DNA of 64,000 nucleotides from Deinococcales bacterium (GTDB taxonomy: Bacteria; Deinococcota; Deinococci; Deinococcales; JAAFIG01): contig JANYHH010000005.1 in NCBI GenBank assembly GCA_025359505.1, positions 14,376 through 78,375 on the forward strand. Direction: 5' to 3'. The notes beneath the pieces were generated by a model that searched no databases, was not told the origin of the DNA, and saw only the letters and a program-made list of their open reading frames with translations. A program made the position numbers and the translations under genes. Positions 1 through 7,800 of the stretch are shown here, one piece after another (the first letter of the stretch is position 1; every line of letters starts with the position of its first letter).

Positions 1-524
1 GGGCGGCGGTGGTGCTGCCCGACAACGTGTTATTTGAGGGCGGGGCGGGCGAAACGATCCGGCGGCGCTTGTTACAGCAGTACGACCTGCACACGATTCT
101 GCGCTTGCCAACCGGCATTTTCTACGCGGGCGGCGTCAAAGCCAACGTGTTGTTTTTTGATCGCAAACCCGCGCAGGAGGGTTGGTGGACGCAGGGGACG
201 TGGGTCTATGACCTGCGTACCAATCAGAATTTCACGATGAAAACCAATCCCTTGCGGCTCTCGCACTTGGAGGAGTTCATTCGGTGCTACGCCACCGCTG
301 ACCGCAGCCAGCGCACGGAATCCGAGCGCTTCAAACGGTTCTCGCTCGAGGAGTTGCTGGCACGCGATAAGGTCAATTTGGACATCACGTGGCTGCAAGA
401 CAACGCCTTGGAGGACGCGGCTTCTCTGCCCGCGCCAAACGTGCTGGCGCTCGAGATCACCGAGCAGTTGCGGTTTGCATTGGAGCAGTTCGCGGCGATT
501 GGTGACGAGCTGAGCGAGGTTTGA
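1..524 (+). CDS. hsdM: Type I restriction-modification DNA methyltransferase subunit (HsdM-like), C-terminal part; the 5' end lies outside the window
   Basis: The ORF is open to the window edge. The translation VLPDNVLFEGGAGETIRRRLL..LHTILRLPTGIFYAGGVKANVLFFDRK resembles the conserved C-terminal core of N-6 adenine DNA methylases of type I systems. Confidence 0.8.
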   Translation, partial: AAVVLPDNVLFEGGAGETIRRRLLQQYDLHTILRLPTGIFYAGGVKANVLFFDRKPAQEGWWTQGTWVYDLRTNQNFTMKTNPLRLSHLEEFIRCYATADRSQRTESERFKRFSLEELLARDKVNLDITWLQDNALEDAASLPAPNVLALEITEQLRFALEQFAAIGDELSEV

Positions 525-539
525 GCAATCACGGTTTGT

Positions 540-953
540 TCACTGCTTGACGCCGTTGGCCCAGACTTCCCACAACTCCGCTTTCTGAATTGCATCGCCC
601 GGAATGCGAGCCGTGATGTACGTCACCGATGCCGCGTAGCACGGGTAAATCACGGACAGGCTAAACCAATCGCTCGAGCGCAAACCCTTGACCGTACTGC
701 CCAGCGCCGTGGCAATCGATTTGATCTGCGCGAGTTGACCCGGCCAGTCTTTGCCGTATGTGCCGCAACCTTGAGCGACGTAACTCAAACCATAGCCTGA
801 GATGTACGTGACGCTAAAATTCAGTCCCGTCGCGGCTTGAATCGCGGCCATCATCGGCTTGGCGGTGTTCATCGCTGTGGGAATGTCAAACGGCACGGTC
901 TGCGCGTGGACGACGGTCAGCAGAGTCAGCAACAAAATGGCGAGGCGTTTCAC
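540..953 (-). CDS. Secreted hypothetical protein (N-terminal signal peptide)
   Basis: 137-aa ORF. The N-terminus MKRLAILLLTLLTVVHAQ looks like a signal peptide with an AxA-type cleavage site. No recognisable family. Confidence 0.55.
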   Translation of the reverse strand: MKRLAILLLTLLTVVHAQTVPFDIPTAMNTAKPMMAAIQAATGLNFSVTYISGYGLSYVAQGCGTYGKDWPGQLAQIKSIATALGSTVKGLRSSDWFSLSVIYPCYAASVTYITARIPGDAIQKAELWEVWANGVKQ

Positions 954-1128
954 CCCTTGAGCTTATCGCCCTGAGCGGAAGATCAATGCCCGATACGAAC
1001 ATGGTTTTACTCGAGGATCTGCTCAGGCCCGAGTCACGCGGTTGTGATACCCAACAGAACCCGGATTTAAATTGATATTGCAAAGTGAGTGACAGGCAGC
1101 ACGGTGATTGTCTGTGAAGATAACGCAG

Positions 1129-1827
1129 ATGCCCGCCTACCCGCTGCCGCCAATCTCGAGTTTCGCGGCGAACGCACTGAAACTCCTCGCGCTCGCGCTG
1201 ATGCTCAGCGATCACATCCACTACGTCTTCTTCAACCGCCAGCTCGAGTGGCTCTACTGGCTCTCGAGGCTCGTGTTCCCACTGTTCGCCCTGATCGCCG
1301 CGCAGAATTTGCAGCATCATCGCGCCAATCCGCAACGCTACATCTCGAGGTTACTGCTGTACGGCGTGATCGCGCAACCGTTCTACAACTGGAGTTTTGG
1401 GTTCGCGCAACTCAACGTGCTGTTCACGCTCGCCGTCAGCGTTGGCGCATGGTGGTGGCTCGAGACTGCCCGCGCTCGAGGCGTGGACATCGTTTCGCGC
1501 TACGCTCCCGTGCTGCTCGTAGCGATCAGCGCGGTGCTGCTCGAGTTCAACTGGGCAGGCGTGCTGGCTGTGCCGGTCTACGCGGCACTGATGCGGCGCG
1601 TCGCGTGGTGGGATTGGCTGGCGGCGTTCGCCTTGAGCTTCGGGATCGTGCGCTTCACCGAACCGTGGATCATGCCGATGATCGCGCTTGCGTTGTGGCT
1701 GCTCGCCTCGAGATTTTCAACCAGTTTGAGTCAGACACGGAAACCGCAGCGCTGGGTGCAACAAGCTGCGTATGCGTTCTACCCCTTGCATCTGGCAATT
1801 ATCGCGCTCGTTGCTGCACTGACTTGA
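1129..1827 (+). CDS. TraX-family membrane protein (F-pilin acetylase family)
   Basis: Polytopic hydrophobic ORF with LKLLALALMLSDHI near the N-terminus and a C-terminal AYAFYPLHLAIIA, typical of the TraX family. I chose the first ATG (1129); the ORF track starts at a TTG at 1108. Confidence 0.65.
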   Translation: MPAYPLPPISSFAANALKLLALALMLSDHIHYVFFNRQLEWLYWLSRLVFPLFALIAAQNLQHHRANPQRYISRLLLYGVIAQPFYNWSFGFAQLNVLFTLAVSVGAWWWLETARARGVDIVSRYAPVLLVAISAVLLEFNWAGVLAVPVYAALMRRVAWWDWLAAFALSFGIVRFTEPWIMPMIALALWLLASRFSTSLSQTRKPQRWVQQAAYAFYPLHLAIIALVAALT

Positions 1828-1876
1828 CGCATTTGAACTTCGGGCGCATCATGTTTTTTGCACGCGGAGGTCGCCG

Positions 1877-2209
1877 ATGCAAAAGCACCCAGCGAATGAG
1901 CTGAACGAAGACCTGAGCGCGGATCGCTTGTATGGCGAACGCAGTTGGAACCCGCTTGGGCAGGAGCCAATCGCGGCGCATGACCTCGAGCGGCGCGGGC
2001 AGATGTTGCCGCTCGAGTTGCCGTGGCTTCGTGATCGGGGTGGACATACGAGCAGCGCTTCGAGCCTGCGTGGGGCGATGGGTGGGTTCTGGTGGACAGC
2101 ACTTGGGATTGCTTTCGGTGCAATCGTCGGTATGCGACTCGCGGGAGTCGTTGGGCTGATGGTCGGCGGCTTTTTCGGCGCATGGCTCACCGCACGCATC
2201 ACCCGTTAA
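1877..2209 (+). CDS. Small membrane protein, hypothetical
   Basis: GGAGG lies 6 nt upstream of the ATG. The C-terminal half (FWWTALGIAFGAIVGMRLAGVVGLMVGGFFGAWL) is predicted to be two TM helices. Confidence 0.5.
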   Translation: MQKHPANELNEDLSADRLYGERSWNPLGQEPIAAHDLERRGQMLPLELPWLRDRGGHTSSASSLRGAMGGFWWTALGIAFGAIVGMRLAGVVGLMVGGFFGAWLTARITR

Positions 2210-2212
2210 AAG

Positions 2213-2584
2213 TCAACGAAGCAATACTGGCGTGATTTTCCACTCGGGCGGCACGGTCACGCCACGCTCGCCGAGCATGACCTCGAGTCCACGCGCTCGA
2301 GCCAAGGCCACCGTAAAGGCAACCTCGAGTTTGACACTGGATTGCACAAGCCGCGCCGCATCCACAGCGCAGCCGGAGTCGATGGGCGCGATCTCGAGAT
2401 TGAGGCGGGCGAGGTCTTCGGCCACAGTGCGCGGCGATGGTCCGATAAGCGCGACCAGCAGAGCAGTAAAGCTGACTGCACTGATGCACCCCGGCAGCTC
2501 GAGTGCTCGAGCGACGCGATCCGCACCGTGTTCACCGCGCAGAAAAATCAGCAGTGCCGCCGAGTCAAACACCACGAGACTCAC
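2213..2584 (-). CDS. vapC: PIN-domain toxin (VapC-like)
   Basis: The N-terminus VVFDSAALLIFLRGE is typical of PIN/VapC. It overlaps the upstream AbrB-type antitoxin gene by 20 nt. Confidence 0.65.
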   Translation of the reverse strand: MSLVVFDSAALLIFLRGEHGADRVARALELPGCISAVSFTALLVALIGPSPRTVAEDLARLNLEIAPIDSGCAVDAARLVQSSVKLEVAFTVALARARGLEVMLGERGVTVPPEWKITPVLLR

Positions 2585-2816
2585 CGCCCTCGAGTGCTAA
2601 GGGTTTGGCTGGAAAGGCGGGTGTCGGATTGGGTGCGGCATACTTTCCAAGCAGGTTGACAATCACGGTTTTGCGCCGCTCGAGAATTAACCTTGCACCG
2701 TCGAGTTGCACGGTCACCACATCGCCAGCCTCGAGCTTGAGGGCTTCGCGCAGAGCATTGGGAATCACGAATTGACCCTTCGCGCCGAGTTTCGCCAGTT
2801 GCATTTTCGCGTTCAT
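2565..2816 (-). CDS. vapB: AbrB/MazE/SpoVT-family antitoxin (VapB-like)
   Basis: AKLGAKGQFVIPNALREALKLEAGDVVTVQLDG is a SpoVT/AbrB swapped-hairpin motif. It sits directly upstream of the PIN gene and overlaps it. Confidence 0.7.
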   Translation of the reverse strand: MNAKMQLAKLGAKGQFVIPNALREALKLEAGDVVTVQLDGARLILERRKTVIVNLLGKYAAPNPTPAFPAKPLALEGGESRGV

Positions 2817-3096
2817 CGCTCACCTCGAGCCGATCATGCCGACCGACTGGGTTGGAAGTGGTGCGTTGGCGTTGCTGGAAAATCACTCGAGTTCACGTCC
2901 AGCGCAAAAGCGCCAACATCCCCAACCGAGTCCGAACCCCGCTAAAATGCCGCATTCGAGCGGAGTATCGTTCTTCACGACGTTACGCTACTGTTCACAA
3001 CAGGTTTCAAGCGAGTGAAAACTCGAGCGAAAATCACTTTCCTGCCCACCAGCGGAGTTTTCAGCGTACTGACGTGTAACACGCCTTACAACTAAG

Positions 3097-3498
3097 TTGG
3101 GCGGCGGAAAACCAGTGCCACTCGAACAGCGATGCACCTCGGTCGGCGATCAGGCTCGAGGGGTGAATCACCGTTTAATTGAACTGTCCTTGTTGCTGAT
3201 TTGCCCGTTTGATGAAGCTCGGGCGTGGGTGCGTGCTCTCGAGCATTTGGAACCGGTAACGCGGGATGCACGGGGCGCTCGCACGGTCACCACGGCTCAA
3301 CTCGAGCGCATCGCGGTCGCGCGGCTGGTCGCGGCGAACCGTCACATCTCGAGGGTTCAAGCGCTGAAATTCGTGGCGCAACTCGGGGCAGCGCACGATG
3401 CCCTCACGTGGCTGAACTCGAGCCGTGCCATCCTCGGATTAACCGCGCTTGAGGCTCGCGTCGCGTTGCTCGAAGCGAAATCGGAAGGACAGCGATGA
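3097..3498 (+). CDS. Hypothetical protein, first gene of the long island operon
   Basis: 133-aa ORF with an uncertain start (TTG at 3097). Its stop overlaps the next start as ATGA at 3495-3498. Confidence 0.4.
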   Translation: MGGGKPVPLEQRCTSVGDQARGVNHRLIELSLLLICPFDEARAWVRALEHLEPVTRDARGARTVTTAQLERIAVARLVAANRHISRVQALKFVAQLGAAHDALTWLNSSRAILGLTALEARVALLEAKSEGQR

Positions 3499-3908
3499 CT
3501 GAGTTTCTCGTGCAAATCGAGGGGCAATCGCGCTATGTTCGCGTGATCGCATACACGGTACTCGAGGTCGTGGCGATACTCGGGATTGACGCAAAATTCA
3601 CCGTGTTCTCGAGTCTCGGCGCAGCGTATCGGCTCGAGGGGGATCAAGCGCCGTACTCCATTCCAGCGCGGTTGCCGCTCATTGTCCGGCTCGCATGGTG
3701 GGGCGCACGGCATCCTCGGGTGCGTCTGGCGTTTCAAATCGTGTGTTGGCTGGGTCTCGCGGTTTCCTTCGTGCAGATGGTTACTCGAGTGCCGGGATGG
3801 CCGATGTCGCTGCTGATCGCGGGACTCGCCAATACCCTCGCGTGGTGGTGGTTCGAGTCTGAGCGCGGGCGCATTGACCCTGAAGTGCTCGTCGCCCGAG
3901 ACCCCTGA
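3495..3908 (+). CDS. Hypothetical membrane protein
   Basis: ATGA coupling to the upstream ORF. Trp-rich hydrophobic segments (LAFQIVCWLGLAVSFV, MSLLIAGLANTLAWWWF). Confidence 0.5.
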   Translation: MTEFLVQIEGQSRYVRVIAYTVLEVVAILGIDAKFTVFSSLGAAYRLEGDQAPYSIPARLPLIVRLAWWGARHPRVRLAFQIVCWLGLAVSFVQMVTRVPGWPMSLLIAGLANTLAWWWFESERGRIDPEVLVARDP

Positions 3909-3997
3909 GCGCACTCGTCGCTACGAAAGTCAAGGCACACATCAGCCTTGACTTTCTGCGCTCCTCGCACGACGCGGCATCGTGAAAGGAGTCAACG

Positions 3998-4171
3998 ATG
4001 TCTGATGAACGTTCAATCCGCCCGCCCGTGCCGACCGAAGAGGTGGAGGTTTCAGACCCGCCCATCCCAACGCCAGAGGCTCACCCGCAACAGCGCCGTC
4101 GAGTTCGCAGCCGCCAAGTCTCGAGACGAACCGTCAAACGCCTCATCGTCCTCACCCTGAAGCGGCGGTGA
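3998..4171 (+). CDS. Small Pro- and Arg-rich hypothetical protein (57 aa, below the ORF-track cutoff)
   Basis: AAAGGAG lies 7 nt upstream of the ATG at 3998. My translation is MSDERSIRPPVPTEEVEVSDPPIPTPEAHPQQRRRVRSRQVSRRTVKRLIVLTLKRR. Its stop overlaps the GTG start of the next ORF (GTGA at 4168-4171). Confidence 0.4.
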   Translation: MSDERSIRPPVPTEEVEVSDPPIPTPEAHPQQRRRVRSRQVSRRTVKRLIVLTLKRR

Positions 4172-4812
4172 GTAGCGTGTTGTGGATTCAAGCACTCGAG
4201 TCCCAACCACCGTCGGAGGTCACGCATCTCGAGATAGAAATGGATCAATCCTTGTTCGCGTGCCTGCATTTGGCGCGAGCGTGGTTTGCCGCAAGTCCAG
4301 AACCGCGTCTCGAGAAGCAAAGTTTTCGCGCTGAGCTGACGCTGCTCGATCAAATCGGAGGCATGGGTGTGGCGAGTGGGTTTCGCAGCGAGCGCCCGCC
4401 GAACCTCGAGCCGTCGTTCGAGGTCGTGCGCGAAGCCTACCTGCACGTATCCCGCGAATCCGCTTGGTTCGAGGTTCGCACGATGCGCGGTGCAGTGTTC
4501 GACACGCGAGCCACACCGTTTGAGCCGTCGCCGACACTTGAACAATCAGACGCAGCGATCAGCAGCGAGGAGCGGGTCACGCAGGTGACACTCGCGCTCG
4601 AGATCAGGATTCTGCACGAAGGCGAATTTGGGGAGGCGGCGCTCGAGGAGTTGCTGCACAACCTCGACTTCGCCCTCGAGCAGCAGCGCGGTTCCGCCAG
4701 TCTCGCGCCCGAAAGCGTGGATGGCGTGACCGAAAATTTCTTGTTTCATTTGCTCGATGTGCGTTCGGCGTTTGCCGCACCACCGGCAGCACCGCAGGAG
4801 GTGATCGCATGA
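4168..4812 (+). CDS. Hypothetical acidic protein
   Basis: 214-aa ORF coupled at both ends (GTGA upstream, ATGA downstream at 4809-4812). No recognisable domain. Confidence 0.5.
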   Translation: MSSVLWIQALESQPPSEVTHLEIEMDQSLFACLHLARAWFAASPEPRLEKQSFRAELTLLDQIGGMGVASGFRSERPPNLEPSFEVVREAYLHVSRESAWFEVRTMRGAVFDTRATPFEPSPTLEQSDAAISSEERVTQVTLALEIRILHEGEFGEAALEELLHNLDFALEQQRGSASLAPESVDGVTENFLFHLLDVRSAFAAPPAAPQEVIA

Positions 4813-7800
4813 CGGCGATACGAAAACCAGAAGCCGCTCCTTTCGAGGGGGCGGTTTCATTCGGCGCGAATGCGCTCGAGCGGCACGGGGCAAGGGGACG
4901 TGAGACGGCAAATGCAGATGCCTGCCAACTTGCCCAGCGGCTCGAGACCGAGGGACGCGATCCGACCAGCGATGAACGCCAAGTATTACTGGCATACAGC
5001 GGCGTTGGTGGCACGACCTCGAGCGGGTCAGATCACGCAGACGGCAACACGCTCGGATTGCTAAACGAGTATTACACCCCAATCAAAGTGGCTCGAGCGG
5101 TTTGGCGTTTGCTGGAACGCCTCGGGTTTGCGGGCGGTCAGGCGCTCGAGCCAGCGGCAGGGACGGGCATCTTCCTCGAGACCGCGCCGGAGGCTGTGCG
5201 TTTCACAGCGGTCGAACTCAATCCCGATGCGGCCCGCATCAACCGACTGTTACATCCGCGTGCCGAGGTTCGCAGCTCGAGCTTTGAAGCGGACTGCCAT
5301 CACAGCGACGAACTCGAGTTTGAATTGGTGATCGGCAATCCGCCGTTCGGGCCGCGCGGTTTGAACGCGCTCGAGGGCAAGCCGCAGTGGAAGAGCTACG
5401 CGCCGTACTTCGTGGACGCGGCGCTGGATCGCTTGCGCGACGGTGGCTTACTGGCGTTCGTGCTGCCGAGCGGGTTGGTGACTTCAAATCAGCACCTTGC
5501 GTTTCGCGCCCACCTGCTGGCTCGAGCCAGATTGCGGGCCCTCGTGCGCCTGCCGGTTAGCACTTTCGCAGCGTCGGGCGCTCGAGCCGCCACGGACGTG
5601 ATTGTCCTTGAGAAGCGCCCGTGGGTGGTTGGCGACACGCTCGCCGAGTTGATCGGGCGCTTCGGGCCGCGGGCGCTAGCGAGTGCTGCTGTGCTTGACG
5701 CGGCGGCTCGAGATTTTTTGCAGGGTCAGTTTTACGACTCGAGACCGGGTTACGTGCTGGGCGAAATGGTGCGAGACGCCCGCTGGGGTGGGCTGATTTG
5801 CGATGGGGTTTTAGATGCACCAACCCTCGAGCGGCTGGCGAACGCGCCGCTGCTCGAGTCGCCCGTCGGCGCAAGTTCACTGGGTCGGTTGCTGAAGCTG
5901 CTCGAGTCGAGCGGCGCGTTCACAGTGCTGGCGCGAGCGAAGAACACCGATGTTCGTGGGGCGCTCGAGAGCGCTTGGGCATCCGCACGGTCAACGGGTT
6001 ACCCACACCGCGAGGGTCTCGAGCGTGCCGACGGGTACGTGTTCAAATTCGTCAAGGACGGTAGTCGCTGGACTCGAGGCTGGCAGCAGGCGCACACGGC
6101 ACTTCATCCCGCCGTCGCAAGTGCGCTCGAAGTCGCGGGGAAACTGCGGGCGTTTCACGAGGCTCGAGGATCGCGGGGGGATGACCCCGAGGCTCTGCGC
6201 GTCGCGGCGCTCGAGGCGCTGCAAATGCACATCGCCGCGCATGGCAACCCGCACGCGAGTTTGCTGCTGACGGCCGCCGCTCGAGTCAAACCCGCGTTGT
6301 ACCGTTTGCTCGGGGCGCTGCGTGCTGATGGACAAATCGCCCCAGTCCTGCTCGAGCCGCACAGCCCACAGCTCGAGCGCAGCCCAGACTTTGAAACCGT
6401 CTGCGGACAGCTCGACCGCGCCCGGCAGCTCACGCTCGCAACCCTGCTCGAGCATTGGGAAGGCGGCACGAGGTTAGCAGCTCGAGCGGCGCTGATTGAA
6501 TCCGACGCTTGGATGGTCACGCCAGACGGCCGTTTTACAGCGAGCCAAGGCTACGCGGTGGGAAATGTTCTCGAGAAAGCCGCGCTGTCGCGGGCGCAGG
6601 CGGAGAACGAACCAGATTTCGAGTTGCATCAGAAATTGCTGCGTCAAGCGGAACAACTCGAGGCGTTAAAACCCTGCCGCACGCTCGAGGAGATCGGTTT
6701 GACGGGGACGGAGGGTTGGATTCCTGCCGCCATTTTGCAGGCTTGGCTCGAAGAGGCGTACCCGTTTCTCGAATACCTGCGCGATGAAACCAATGGGCGC
6801 GTGACGATCACGCTTGACCCAGAGCGTCTGCGCGAAGCGAGGGTTACGCGGGGGCAGGCTGATGACGACGCAAAGAGGCTTTCGCGCTTCTTCAATTTGG
6901 AACACACCGCCAAAATGGTGACCGATGCTCAGCAACTCTCGAGCGAGCAGTACGCGGCCGCCCGCAAAGCCCGCATTGAGCAAGCCCAGCAGGGCGAGCG
7001 GGCGCTGAGCCTGAAATTTCTGCACTTCGTCGCGGGCGACCTCGAGTTACGGGGGCTGCTCGAGGAGCGTTACAATGCGCTGTTCAATGGCTTCTTCGCG
7101 GGTGAGGACGACACCCGACCGCTGGCACTAGCGGGCTGGGCAGAGCCGACCCTGCACAGCTATCAAAACCACGGCGTGCGTTTTGCCGAGGGTCGTGCCA
7201 ACGGCTTAATTGCCTTTGATACAGGCTTGGGCAAAACCCTTGTCGGTACGGCGATCACCGAGTCATGGCTCGAGTCGGGTCGAGCGAGCCGCACGATGAT
7301 CGTCGTCCCAAAAGGGCTGCTGGTCAACTGGGCCCGCACATTGGATCGCGCCATCCCGTTTCGCCGGGTCGTCACGGTCGGGATCAGCGCTCGAGCCGAT
7401 GGCACTCAATTAGAGGATGAGGTCGCCGTTGTCCTCGAGAAATTGCACGAGTTCGCGCTCGGCGCGTATGACGTGGCGCTCGTGTCCCGCGAGTGGTTCC
7501 GGCGCTTGCGACTGCGCCCCGATACCCTGCGCGAAATGATTGCTCGAGAAGCGGCACTGCTGGCGGTCGACGACGTGGAAATCGAAGACGAGGACGACCA
7601 ACCGACCGCTCGAGCGCAGACGCTGACCCTCGCGGAGCGCCAATCGCTGCTGGCTTTGCGGGTTGCACAGGGCAATGCGTTGCCGCAGATTCATTTCGAG
7701 GATTTGGGCATTGATGCGTTGATCGTGGATGAGGCGGGTAGCCTGAAGAACCTCTACACCGCGCCGACGTATTTTGGGAAGAAACCCAAGTTCATGGGCG

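Noticed and set aside
1089-1904. A 271-aa alternative-frame ORF overlapping the TraX-family gene
   Set aside because: It has an Arg/Ala-rich, low-complexity composition. The overlapping frame encodes a coherent polytopic membrane protein with TraX-like motifs.
4178-4195. GTGGATTCAAGCAC as a possible att repeat of the tRNA-Gln 3' end (GTGGATTCGAACCAC)
   Set aside because: It is only a partial match with gaps, lies inside a coding region, and has no extension into the acceptor-stem sequence.
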